From positions 1 through 47,436 of the forward strand of contig NW_021834660.1 in NCBI RefSeq assembly GCF_006345805.1: 47,436 bases of DNA, written 5' to 3'. Under the pieces are notes generated by a model that ran no database searches, was not told where the DNA came from, and worked only from the letters and a program-made list of their open reading frames with translations. Numbering within the stretch: position 1 is the stretch's first letter; each line of letters starts with the position of its first letter. Positions 11,916 through 23,759 of this stretch are shown piece by piece. A program made the translations under genes and the position numbers. The stretch is from Octopus sinensis. Lineage: Eukaryota.

Positions 11916-12214
11916 GGTATATTTGCCATCTCAATATGGCTAACCACTAAGGGTGGGTGTTACTGTAGCTTGTAGCCCCAGGAGAACATCGTCTCCAGTT
12001 GGCTTTAGGCACACTCTATGTGCCCTTATGGTATTTGCAAAGGGAGGTCATCCTTCCTCGTCAACCTAAGTGATACGCACGGACTGCAGTTTCTAGGTAT
12101 TGACCTGTCCTCAGCGTACGACAATCACCGGTTTTCGATGAAAGGGGGTCCCAATGCAAATACTTATATCATTTTTCCAGTAACTTTTCGTCACTGATTA
12201 TAGTTTCTAACAGA
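11916..12214 (-). mobile_element. Non-autonomous Helitron-related element inserted in Tc1
   Basis: Reverse complement of 32345-32640; shares about 60 bp (AAGCTACAGTAACACCC..GCCATATTGAGATGGC) with the Helitron at 46145-46530. Confidence 0.55.
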
Positions 12215-12215
12215 G

Positions 12216-12652
12216 TTCATGCTAAAAAACAAACAAATTTTTTCCAACCATATGATTTTATTGAAGAAATATGCTAGAACATTCCAAGTGATTTTTGTGC
12301 TCGTTTTTTGAACTCCATGTCCTGCCATTATAAGGCCGTAATTGAAAATAATGGCTATGGAACTAGATACGAAGATACGAATAATATATATCTGTTCATT
12401 GATCATTTGTGCCATAAATTTTCAATCTAAACAAAATAATGTTTGTACGGTCTTAAACTTATTTTGCCGACAATTTTCAATCATTTGAATTAATTGTGCA
12501 TTAAAATTATTCAAATTGTAGAAAGATATAAAACGCTGAAATCATTCGAAAGAGAAAAAAAATCTACATAAACTTATATAGTTTTGTTAAAAATAAATTA
12601 ATGACTGAATAGAACTGTCATCATCGGTCTTAAACTTATTTTAGCCAGTATA
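12216..12652 (+). mobile_element. Tc1 transposase C-terminus and right terminal region
   Basis: FIEEIC*NIPSDFCARFLNSMSCHYKAVIENNGYGTRY (Tc1 SMP.R..AVI..G..TKY pattern); GGTCTTAAACTTATTTT direct repeats at ~12449 and ~12626; ends next to TA. Confidence 0.75.
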
Positions 12653-12876
12653 TCTGTCTATCTATCTATATATATATATATATATATAAATTTTCTGATT
12701 TTTCAGACTTTTGTATGCTAGGCTACTGGTTTTAAATTGATATTAATTAAATTAATATAAAATTTATCTCCTCATTATTTAAATATATATATATCTATCT
12801 ATCTATCTATCTATATATATATATATTATATATAATATTATAATATATATATATATATTATATATATATAATATAT

Positions 12877-12918
<42 letters not shown>

Positions 12919-12945
12919 CATACAGATTTACTTATAATACATATA

Positions 12946-13165
12946 CAATGGCCCAGTGGTTAGAGCAGCGGACTTGCGGTCGGAGGATCGCGGTTTCGAT
13001 TCCCAGACCGGGCGTTGTGTGTGTTTATTGAGCGAAAACACCTAAAAAAGCTCCACGAGGCTCCGGCAGGGGATGGTGGTGATCCCTGCTGTACTCTTTC
13101 ACCACTCTAAAAGGCGGTGCTCCAGCATGGCCGCAGTCAAATGACTGAAACAAGTACAAAAAAAA
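12946..13165 (+). mobile_element. Chimeric SINE: family A head/body joined to family B 3' tail
   Basis: Family A sequence to about 13108 (CTCTTTCACCACTCT), then AAAGGCGGTGCTCCAGCATGGCCGCAGTCAAATGACTGAAAC. Confidence 0.75.
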
Positions 13166-13189
13166 AAATATATATTATAGTTGTGTAGC

Positions 13190-13617
13190 ATTTATCATCA
13201 TTATCATCGTTTAACGCCCATTTTTCATGCTAGCATGGGTTTGATGGTTCGACTGGGGTCCGAGAAGCCAGGAGACTGCACCAGGCTCCAGTCTGATCTG
13301 GCAGTGTTTTACATCTGGATGCCCTTCCTAACGCCAACCACACCGTGAGTGTAGTGGGTGCTTTTTACATGCCACCAGTACAGGTGCCAGGGGAGGCTGG
13401 CAACGGCCACAATTGGTTGGTGCTTTTTACGTGCCACCGGCACGGAAGCCAGTCAAGGCAGAGCTGGCATCGACCATGTACGGATGGTGCATTTTATGTG
13501 CCACCGGCAGAGGTATCACAACTACAATTTCCATTTGATTTTTTGATGTTGATGGTGAAGTACTTGACTCGATAGGTCTCCTCAGGCACTGCAGGTCGCC
13601 CTACGATCCAAGGTAAG
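13190..13617 (-). mobile_element. RTE LINE 3' UTR fragment
   Basis: Reverse complement of the 3' UTR at 17124-17605, including the (GAT)n tail and CATGCTAGCATG. Confidence 0.85.
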
Positions 13618-13744
13618 TGGTCGCCCTATACATATATAGGTGTTGTGTGTCTTTGTCTTTATGCCCGCTTTCTCCCCCATCCCCACCACTTGACAAGTGC
13701 TATTAGATTGCTTACATTCCAGTTAAAAGGTTCAACCAAAGAGG

Positions 13745-14235
13745 CTGATGGCACAATAAGTAGGGCCCGATAATGAGTTTAAGATCTTGTGGGATTTTTA
13801 TAAGCCAGTGATTGATGCTCGGACACCAGATATTGTTGAGGTTGATAAAATAATGAAAGAAAAAAAGATCATAGATATTGCCATACCTGGGGGTGGAAAA
13901 GATGATGAGAAAAGCTGGAAAAGATTGCATGAATGTGGGTAATGAAGAAAGTAACTGCCATGCCAGTAGCTTTTGGGGTATCTGGAACATTAACAACCAG
14001 GTTTGAGCAAGGAATTTGTTGCAGAAATTTAGATTGGCATGAGGTAAGAACATGTTCAGAAAACTTCTTTATTGGGGACTCTGACGATTTTCAGATTGGT
14101 CCTTAAACGCTAAGTATCATGGAAAGAGACATTGTGAGACCTTTGACAACAGGTTTTTGTAGACACACAGAATTAGCCAGAGCAACTGAAATCAAGGGCT
14201 CTGAGAAGTGAAATGGAAATAATAATAATAATAAT
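13745..14235 (+). mobile_element. R4/Dong-like non-LTR retrotransposon, restriction-like endonuclease remnant
   Basis: FKILWDF..IDARTPDIVEVDK..KKIIDIAIPG...PV..G..G...VQKTSLLGTLTIFRLVL, matching the RPD...IIDIA.P...QK.ALLGT..I.R motif of REL elements; ends in (AAT)n. Confidence 0.7.
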
Positions 14236-14760
14236 GAGATTATTGTATACAGTGCTCAGGTGCACCACAACTTTTCAAAAAGTGCATATAAAGCATATGC
14301 AGTAATGTACAAATGCCTGGAAAGTGAGCAGTGTATGAGTCAGATACATACTTGCGTGTGTATGGAGGGGAGAAAATCCGTTGTAGTGTTAGCGAATCTC
14401 AGGAAGCATGGAAGTTTTGAAGGATGCAGTGCTCCGACAACTAACAACTGATGCCGGCAGTTTGCTCCATGCTTCAGCAACTCTTAGTGGGAAAGAATGT
14501 TTCCGAAAGTCATGGGAGCTGTGCTGTTTTCTGACTTTGTAAACATGTCCACGGGTGTTAGATGGGTGGAGTTTGAAAAGGTGCTCAGAGTTATTGTTTG
14601 TAAGATGGTTAATAATTTTATGGGTGTCTGCCAAGTCAGCTGCCAGACGTCGGAGTTTCAATGTGTCCATGCCCAGGGAAGTAAGGCGTTCAGAATATGG
14701 CAAATGCCCGATGGAGAGTATTCCCTTGGTTGCACGTCGCTGAACGGCTTGCAGACGATT
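14219..14760 (-). mobile_element. CR1 LINE 3' end (ORF2 C-terminus and (ATT)n tail)
   Basis: RLQAVQRRATK..LPYSERL..LKLRRLAADL..HKII..TRGH.YKVRK..RKHSF.LRV.EAWSKLP..VV....FK (ORF 14389-14703). Confidence 0.9.
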
Positions 14761-15035
14761 AATATGATGATGATGATGATAGTTCTTTCTAATTTTGACA
14801 TGGGATCAGCAGTTTTGAGGGTTGAAGGAACTCGGTTACATCAGCCTCCATGCACAAATGGCACTTTATTTTATCAAACTCAGAAGAATGCAAGACAAAG
14901 GTGACCTTGGCAAGATTTCAACTCAGACTGTTGAGAAATTAAAGAAATGCCTCGAAGCATTTAGTCCGGCTTGCTAACAATTCTGCCGGTTCACCACATT
15001 AATGATGTGATGATTAGGATGATGATGATGATGGC

Positions 15036-15417
15036 TGTTGCTGTTGCTGTTGAGCGAAGTGGTCTTCGTCCCAGAGCTCGCAGTGGGAGGAGTCCGAAAC
15101 GTTGTCCTTTGCTATTCGTAAGACCCGCAGAAGAGAAAGCAGGTCAACCCCCGACACCGAGAGCATCGACAGATGGATGAATCCGCGTCCAGGCTCAGAG
15201 GTTGCGTAGGAAGTCGGGGACAAGAAACAGGAAGAAAGAATGAGGGAAAGTTGGGGCGAAAGAATACAACAGGGGTCGCCACCACCACCCCTGCAGGAGC
15301 CTTGTGGAGCTTTAGGTGTTTTCGCTCAATAAACACACACAACGCCCAGTCTGAGAATCGAAACCGCGATCCTCCGACCGCAAGCCGCTGCCCTAACCAC
15401 TGGGCCATTGTGCCTCC
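15036..15417 (-). mobile_element. SINE family A (tail type 3)
   Basis: Reverse complement of 31238-31617. Confidence 0.9.
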
Positions 15418-15565
15418 GATGATGATGGTGGCAGTGATGATGATGAGGATAATGATAAAGATCATAATGGTGATGATGATGATGATGAAGAGGATAATGA
15501 TGGGGATCGTGATCTTCATGGTGATCATCATCATCATCGTCATGTCCAGGATGATGATGATGAAG
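15418..15565. repeat. Degenerate (GAT)n trinucleotide repeat
   Basis: Directly visible; source of the His-, Met- and Ile-rich pseudo-ORFs. Confidence 0.9.
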
Positions 15566-15625
15566 AGGCTGAGAATGAGTGTGCTGCCGCCACCCATACA
15601 AACAGAAATGGAAAAAATTATGACA

Positions 15626-16043
15626 AAGGCGCAGGAGTGGCTGTGTAGTAAGTAGCTTGCTAACCAACCACATGGTTCCGGGTTCAGTCCCACTGCGTGG
15701 CATCTTGGGCAAGTGTCTTCTACTATAGTCCTGGGCCGACCAAAGCCTTGTGAGTGGATTTGGTAGACGGAAACTGAAAGAAGCCCGTCGGATATATGTA
15801 TATATATGTGTGTGCGTGCGTATGTTTGTGTGTCTGTGTTTGTCCCCCTAGCATTGCTTGACAACCGATGCTGGTGTGTTTATGTCCCCGTCACCTAGCG
15901 GTTCGGCAAAAAGAGACCGATAGAATAAGTACTGGGCTTACAAAGAATAAGTCCTGGGGCCGAGTTGCTCGACTAAAGGCGGTGCTCCAGCATGGCCACA
16001 GTCAAATGACTGAAACAAGTAAAAGAGTAAAAGAGTAAAGAGT
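15626..16043 (+). mobile_element. SINE family B, full length
   Basis: AAGGCGCAGGAGTGG head to GAGTAAAA tail. Confidence 0.9.
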
Positions 16044-16299
16044 AGAGGCCGGGATGAAGAAGACGTATTAACAGTTTGAACCAATTCTGAAGTGATGTGG
16101 AAACAAGAGAGGCGAAAACAACCGATCAACATTGATGGATCAGCAATAAAGTTTAATGTAATCACCGAACCGTAACGACACAGCAGACATCGCTCCTACA
16201 ATGGACTCTTCATCGCTTTTAGTATTGGATGCCACATGTTGTAAGTCTGAAATCTTGGTAAAGATTTATGGATTCTCCCTAAGGAAATCAAATGAATTA

Positions 16300-16528
16300 T
16301 TAACTGTATATATATATGCATGTGTGTGTGTATAGCAGTATATGTATGCTTGTATGCATATGTGTGTATATGTATATATGTGCACTCACAGATACATACA
16401 TAGATACATGTACGTATATAAATGTTCACATATATATGTGTGTGTACATCTGTGTGTGTATTCCACACACATATCAATATATGTTTATGTATACATGTAT
16501 ATATGTATATATATATATGTGTGTGTGT

Positions 16529-16572
<44 letters not shown>

Positions 16573-16713
16573 TTTGTATAGTTGTGTGTGTATGTATGTA
16601 TATGTATACACACATACATTATATATATATATATATAATATATATATATATAATAGCAATGCAATACGAGAGTAAATATCGGTGCTTCGTTGTGCCATTT
16701 ATTTACTTTTATA

Positions 16714-16770
<57 letters not shown>

Positions 16771-16772
16771 CT
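16300..16772. repeat. Compound (TG)n/(TA)n microsatellite
   Basis: Directly visible. Confidence 0.95.
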
Positions 16773-16811
16773 AGCTGAGTAGCCCATTGTTACTGGGGGA
16801 TTTTCACAATT

Positions 16812-17605
16812 TGCTGGATGCGTAACGTCAGTATCCATGCACGACAGAGTGTAAGCACCCTGAGAGAAATGTTGGGCATAAGAATCATCGGATGCAGCGT
16901 GCAGGAGAGACGATTGCATTGGTATGGCCATGTACTATGGATGGATGAGGAGAGATGTGTGAAGAAGTGCCACTCCCAAACTGTTGAAGGAATCTCTGGT
17001 AGAGTTAGACCCAGGAAAACATGGGACGAGTTGGTCAAGCGTGACCTTCGTACTTTGAGTCTCATAGTGGCTATGACGAAAGAACGAGACCTCTGGAGAT
17101 ATGCTGTGACTTCGAAGACCTGACAAATGAAGTGAGTTCATGGCTCGCAGGACGGCCTGCTGTGCTAACCTTGGATCGTAGAGTGACCCACTGTGTTTGA
17201 GGAGACCTGTTGAGTCAAGTACGTCAACACCAACATCAAAATGAAAATTAAATGGAAATTGTAGTTAAGATAACCGAGCCGGTGACACGTAGAAAAGCAT
17301 TGTCCGAACACGGCAGATGCCAGCTCTGCCTTGACTGACATCTGTGTCGGTGACACGTAAAAGCACCAACTGATCGTGGTCGTTTGCCAGCCTCCTCTGA
17401 CACCTGTGCCGGTGGCACGTAAAAAACACCCACTACACTAACGGAATGGTTGGCGTTAGGAAGGGCATACAGCTGTAGAAACACTGCCAGATCAGATTGG
17501 AGCCTGGCGCGGCCTCCTGGCTTCCCAGACCCAGGTCGAACCATCCAACCCATGCTAGCATGGAAAACGGACGTTAAATGATGATGATAATGATGATGAT
17601 GATGA
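16812..17605 (+). mobile_element. 5'-truncated RTE LINE (ORF C-terminus, 3' UTR, (GAT)n tail)
   Basis: ORF 16818-17123 QERRLHWYGHVLWMDEERCVKK...GRVRPRKTWDELVKRDL...RDLWRYAV is the RTE RRLRW.GHV.RM...GRPRKTW motif. Confidence 0.9.
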
Positions 17606-17704
17606 TATATATATATATATATATATATATCGCCATGTTGAATCGCTAGCTTCTGTACGCATTTTTTTCTCTCCTTGTTTCTCTCCGTGTTTCTTTTCTG
17701 TGTA

Positions 17705-17742
17705 TCTTTCTGTTGAAGAGCGTAGGCTCGAAACGCAAAAGA
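17705..17742 (+). ncRNA. Degenerate minimal hammerhead-like motif, core CUGUUGA, in PLE-type unit 17630-17845
   Basis: Stem I UCUUU/AAAGA; stem II GAGC/GCUC; GAAACG; position 16.1 is C rather than U, so probably inactive. Confidence 0.5.
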
Positions 17743-17839
17743 CTTGTTTTATTTATATTCCTGAGCGCCATACTAATACAATTGTTTGTTTGTACTCCAA
17801 GTGCCTTCGTCTTTTGTTTATTTTCATAAAGCTTCCCGT

Positions 17840-17871
<32 letters not shown>

Positions 17872-18142
17872 CCGATATACGCATGTTCGTTTCTCTTTTC
17901 TTCATTTGGAATTTTATTTTGGTTATTCTATGTAAATGAAGATATTTCCTTCGATTTGCTGCTTTTCTTTCTACAAAACGAGAAGTTACATTGCGGAACT
18001 GCTATTTTAATGAGTTGTGTCTAATTATCCCCTGATGAGATATATCTGCACTGCCGGATGCTACTGAACTAGTTGTCGAGTGTCCCACCCATGAGGGATC
18101 GATGCTAGACACGCCGAAACAATTGTCGTGATTAATATATAT

Positions 18143-18372
18143 AAGGCGGCCAGCTGGCAGAAACGTTAGCATGCCGGGCGAAATGCTTAGCGGTATTTCG
18201 TCTGCTGTTATGTTCTGGGTTCAAATTCCGCCGAGGTCCACTTTGCCTTTCATCCTTTCGGGGTCGATAAATTAAGTACCAGTTACGCACTGGAGTCGAT
18301 GTAATCGACTTAATCCCTTAGTCTGTCCTTGTTTATCCCCCTATGTTTAGCCCCTTGTGGGTAGTAAAGAAT
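18143..18372 (+). mobile_element. SINE family C monomer
   Basis: AAGGCGGCCAGCTGGCAGAAACGTTAGC head to GTGGGTAGTAAAGAA end. Confidence 0.9.
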
Positions 18373-18433
18373 ATATATATATAGATTCCGCTAGGTATGT
18401 TGGTTTTGTTTATTTTTTATATATTCTGAATAT

Positions 18434-18497
18434 GTTTCACTGATGAGCAAAAGACATAGATAATACGTTAATTGCGAAATCACAGGTGATCTGGAAC
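18434..18497 (+). ncRNA. Type I hammerhead ribozyme, canonical core
   Basis: Stem I GUUUCA/UGGAAC; CUGAUGA 18440-46; stem II GCAA/UUGC; GAAA 18476-79; stem III UCA-CAGG-UGA; AUC site, cleavage predicted after 18491. Confidence 0.8.
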
Positions 18498-18621
18498 TAA
18501 ATTTTGTTTCTAAATGTCTTGCTTCGAGAGCTGTATTCGGTACGATTCGTTTATTTTTGGTAGTAATGACTTTGAATGTCCCTCCTAGCGTGTGGCATTT
18601 ATGTGTAAAAATGCCCTCTAT

Positions 18622-18661
<40 letters not shown>

Positions 18662-19020
18662 CATGTGTGTGTATAAAAGAGAGAGAAAGAGGAGTATAGA
18701 AAAGTATCTCACATCTTAAATTAGTCGAGTCCGTCTCTTACCTGTGCATTCACAAGGTGTGTCCTCAGACCCACCCTGAAGACATTTGAACACACAAACA
18801 AAACCCTGGGCAGCAAGTAGCAAGAAACTTGCTCAACCAAAAGAAAATTGTTATTAATCTCTTTGTTATTCGGTGTTCTTTCTTCCAGCAATTCTCACTA
18901 AGTGGATATATTTACATATATATACAGGTATGTATTTATCTATCTATGTATTTATCTATCTATCCATTTATTTATCTATCTATATAAACGTGTGTGAGTT
19001 TGTGTACATATATATATATA

Positions 19021-19070
<50 letters not shown>

Positions 19071-19071
<1 letters not shown>

Positions 19072-19418
19072 TCTTTACTCTTTTACTTGTTTCAGTCATG
19101 TGACTGCAGCCATGCTGGAGCACCCCGGGATTTATTCTTTGTAAGCCTAGTACTTATTCTATCGGTCTCTTTTTGCCGAACCGCTAAGTTACGGGGATGT
19201 AAACACACCAGCATCGGTTGTCAAGCGATTTTGGGGGGACAAACACAGACACACAAACACGCACATACATATATATATATATATACGACGGGCTTCTTTC
19301 AGTTTCCATCTACCAAATCCACTCACAAGGCTTTGGTTGACCCGAGGCTATAGCAGAAGACACTTGCCCAAGATGCCACTCAGTGGGACTGAATCCGGAA
19401 CCATGTGGTTGGTTAGCA
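19071..19418 (-). mobile_element. SINE family B
   Basis: Reverse-complement copy with an internal deletion. Confidence 0.85.
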
Positions 19419-19591
19419 AGCTACTTATCACACAGCCATGTATGTATGTATGAATGTATGTATGTATGTATGCATGTATGTATGTATACATGTATGTATG
19501 TATGTATGTATGTATGTATGTATGAATGTATGTATGTATGTTTGTACGTATGTATGTATGTATGTATGTATGTATGTATGTATGTATGTAT
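19418..19591. repeat. (TATG)n microsatellite
   Basis: Directly visible. Confidence 0.95.
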
Positions 19592-20539
19592 AATTCCCAT
19601 ACTGGGTTCAGTAATTGACCTTTGCCATTTCAGAGGTTCTGACGCTTCCGTGATAAAGCTGAGTACATCTATTTGACCGCTTGTTTTATCAAAAGGTGAA
19701 AAGTATAAAGGATTTGTGTACATTGCTGGATATTACTCGTTTGTGTTATTATATTGATGACAATGCCACAGAAACGATGTGTGTGTTAATAAGAAGAACC
19801 ATGGTCTTTCTGATAATCGGTTCTGTTTAAGTGCTATAACATGTTTGATTAAACATTTTGAAGAAACAAAATGTCTTCATAAGAGCCTTTCAACTGGAAA
19901 ACATCCATTTGAAGATCATAGAACCCCTGCTGTTAAAACGCCATTATAAACTATACAAAGTGAGAATCCATTGAAATATGCAGGCATGTCATCGGTTTCC
20001 CTTGATACATGGTTTCAATAACGAAATTGTGCAGTAGTTGTGCATAATGTTGGTTATGCAAAAGTTACAGATAACAGAAGCTCGAAAAATGAAGATAATT
20101 GGGAAAACAGACGAATTTAAGGATACTATTCTTACAATGGCATTCATAATTCCTATCAATATCTCTGTTACAAGCCGGATCTTGAACATTTATTGTTGCT
20201 ATAGAGCCCGAGGTCAGCTGTGATCAAGCAGATCAGTGATCAAAGATACACACCAACCTTGAGAACCCTGTCTTTTCGTATATCTAACACTGTACCGTTT
20301 AATGTGCAGTTTCAATTCTAAGCTGGGCATGTTTTGAAAACAGGTCAGAGAATCATAGTCACAAATGCAAATGCAGGGAAGGCAGGAAAAGGAAATGGAT
20401 GACGGCATGTCTGGTGTGGATGGATTAACGGGAAGTGAATTTGAAGATGAAGTGCAAATCAGTGGGGTTAGAGAGGATAATAAGATCAAGTGTTAGTTTA
20501 AGGTGTTAAACTGGGACAGAGATGCTAAGATCAACATTA

Positions 20540-20735
20540 TCAACATCATCGTTTAATGTCCGTTTTCCATGCTAGCACGGGTTGGAGGGTTCGACCAGGG
20601 TCTGGGAAGCCAGGAGGCTGCACCAGGCTCCTGTCTGATCTGGCAGAGTTTCTACACCTGGATGCCCTTCCTAATGCTAACCACTCTGTGAGTGTAGTGG
20701 GTGCTTTTTACGTGCCAGAGGGAGGCTGGCAACAG
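20540..20735 (-). mobile_element. RTE 3' UTR fragment
   Basis: CATCATCGTTTAATGTCCGTTTTCCATGCTAGCACGGG... same family as 17124-17605. Confidence 0.85.
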
Positions 20736-21305
20736 TCTGAGATGAAAGTAATAAATTCAGGAACAAAATGGAAATAGTGAACAAAAGGTTTAAAGAAAAT
20801 CTTGAGTTTACCACTGAGGAAGATGTTTTCAATCCAGTCATCTAACTAGCAACTGTATAATCTGGGCTGGAACTAAAGCATAAGGAAAAGACCACCTTGG
20901 CTGCTATGCATTCTATGAACAATTTCACCTAGATGAAGCTCGTTCTAATTCCCACAACTATTCTGTTGAAAAATCTACCAGAGTAAAAGAGGAAAGGCTG
21001 AAGACAGGGAAGTATTTAACTAGATTGAGTCCATCTGCAGGGCAAGGGTGAAAGTATTAGGGTATGAAATTGCAGTTGTATATATAATTGGTTGGAGTTC
21101 AGGGCAAGTCACCTGCAATACTGTGGCCTATTTCTCATAACTAAGTTAATGCAGTTTCAATTCTAAACCCCACTCAATATTTACACCAAGAAGGCAAAAG
21201 CAAATTTGACCTCTGCAGAATTTCCACTCAGAAGAATTGCAGCTAAGCATTTTGTCTGGCAAGCTAAGTGTTCTGCCAACTTACTGCCTAGCTAATAATA
21301 ATGAT

Positions 21306-21975
21306 TATTATTTCTTTATTGCCCACAGTGGGCTAAACATAGAGGGGACAGACAAAGGGATTAAGTGGATTACATTGAACCCAGTGCGTAACTGGTACTT
21401 ATTTAATCGACCCCAAAAGGATGAAAGGCAAAGTCAACTTTGGCAAAATTTGAACTCAGAATATAATGGCAGATGAAATACCAATTTTTTTACTACCCAC
21501 ATGGAGCTAAACACAGAAAGGAATAACAAGGACAGACAAATGGATTAAGTCGATTATATCGACCCCAGTGCATAACTGGTACTTAATTTATCGACCCCGA
21601 AATGATGAAAGGTAAAGTCGACCTCGGCGGAATTTGAACTCAAAACATAATACTGCTAAGTATTTCACTCGGCATGCTAACATTCTGCTAGAAAGTCAGC
21701 AGAACAAGCTACTGTTCTGCCAACTTACTCCCTAGCTAATAATAATTATCATTATTTATTTATTCATTGCCCACAGAGGGCTAAACATGGAGGGGACAAA
21801 CAAGGAAAGACAAAGGGATTAAGTCGATTACATCGACCCCAGTGCATAATTGGTACTTATTTAATTGACCATGAAAGGATGAAAGCAAAGTCAACTTTGG
21901 CAAAATTTGAACTCAGAATGTAGCAGTAGATGAAATACCGCTAAGCAGTTTGCCTGGCATGCTAATGATTCTGCC
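21306..21975 (-). mobile_element. Tandem cluster of SINE family C units
   Basis: At least three body units (AAGTCGATTACATCGACCCCAGTGC motif at ~21360, ~21550, ~21825). Confidence 0.8.
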
Positions 21976-22317
21976 ATTATATTTGATGTGTATGTGAAAC
22001 ATTTTGCCACTTTCACATCCATGATAGGTTTTATTAGTAAGAGTAAGTAGTAAGGCCTGAAATTTTGTGGGAGGAGAGACAGGTTGATAAAATCACCAAC
22101 AATGCCTGACTGCTATAAATTCTATCAATGCTGAATGAGTAAAAGTCAAAGTCAACCTTCGTAGAGAACTCAGGACATAAACCCAGATGAAATGCTGCCA
22201 AGCATTTTGACCAATATGCTAATTAACTACTAACAATAATAATACTGACCAATGAGAGACACTCAATCTACTTCCTTGATCTGTTAGACATCATCATCAT
22301 CCTTTAACGTTTGTTTT

Positions 22318-22463
22318 CCATGCTGGCATGGGTTGGTCCATGTTGGCATGGGTTGGACCATGCTGGCATGGGTCAGACCATGCTGGCATGGGTTGGACCA
22401 TGCTGGCATGGGTCGGACCATGCTGGCATGGGTTGGTCCATGCTGGCATGGGTTGGACCATGC
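22318..22463. repeat. 20-bp minisatellite x7 derived from the RTE 3' terminus
   Basis: Unit CCATGCTGGCATGGGTTGGA, directly after the CATCATCATC..TTTAACGT RTE tail (22288-22317). Confidence 0.9.
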
Positions 22464-23759
22464 AGCTAAATTCTCATAAATCGCCTTTTAAAAAGTGAAG
22501 GATACACTTTAGGTGAAGGTCACGCATTAGTTCTTGATACAGATAAAACAATGATCAGATGGTCACAGCTGAAATATGTAGCATTATAGGTCTGCTCAAT
22601 CATGGCCGACCTGGGGTTAAAACAACATCAACAACAGCAACAACAACAACGATTACTAGTACTATATTAAAAAAAAAAAGTCTATTTCATTACAGAGAAC
22701 ACACTTCAAAACATGACACACCTTCAGATCTTTGTTTTCTATGCCTTATTTTATAATATTGTTTACAATAACAATGGAAGCAGAAACGGTAAGGAAGAGG
22801 CTACATGAGCAAAGAACACAAGACTTTGGTAATTAATAATTCAACTGTGATAATTAAACTGACAAACTCCGAAGCATTGAAGTAGATGAATTAATTTTCA
22901 GTTTCTGAAAAGAAAACTAATTTTCTTCTTTTCAAGAATATAAAAAAACAAAAACAACCAACTTGAACTGTTCAACACAATTATATGTGTAGTTGTTTGT
23001 GCGGTTGTTGTTTGTTTTTTGTTGTTTGTTAACCCTAGGTCAGCCCTGGTCGACCAAAATTATGATCAAAGCGTTGCAACCGTGACCCTCCTATCTTATT
23101 TCAACAATTAATATGTCTTACAAAAGGTGGGGAATTGGTTCTGGCATTGGTGGGTCTCTCTTTATTTTGATTCTCTGAGTTCTAAGTTCAAATAGAGCTA
23201 CGGTCAACTTTGTCTTTCATCTTTCCGGAGCTAATAAATAAAGTATCAATCAAGTACTAGGATCGATTCCCCCCTCTCCACCCATCCCCTCTCTCTCTCA
23301 TATTAATTTCAAGGAAAAAGAATATTCAGAATTTCAAGTTAGAATTCACCAAGTCTGAAAAGTGAATGAAATTAGTTAAAAGTTATTGATTTATAAGAAT
23401 TCCCAACGACCTTTTCAGCGATACTACAGGTTCCAGAACCCTAGCAAAACCCAGCAAGCTCAGTAGACATTGCATACTTCACAGAATGAAAAATAGTTTC
23501 CTTTGAACCTATGCATATTCTTTAGTGACCATTCAAGCTTTTTTTGTTATAGGGAAACATTTATAAAAGTGATTTGTTCCTTGGAAGATGTTGTCTGAAC
23601 GCATCTAATGAAAACTAATCAACAAACTTTAACGCCCCACTCAAATATAGAATAGGAAAGTTTGTTTATATTTCCAAAGCTTAGTTATTTCAAAATCAGG
23701 CAATCTTAAACCATGGAATATACATCATGGCAGTGCCACATGAAACTGCTTGTATGGTG

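Noticed and set aside
15112-15864. 250-aa, His-rich and Met-rich overlapping ORFs
   Set aside because: Composite of SINE B, a (GAT)n repeat and SINE A; not a gene.
18023-18133. CTGATGA (18032) ... GAAACAATTGTC hammerhead-like motif
   Set aside because: Palindromic helix III and GUC are present, but helix II pairs at only one base and helix I needs a 3-nt bulge; at best a decayed remnant.
22318-22463. CRISPR-like regular repeats (also 24038-24507 and 8721-9086)
   Set aside because: No unique spacers, eukaryotic context, no cas genes; these are tandem repeats.
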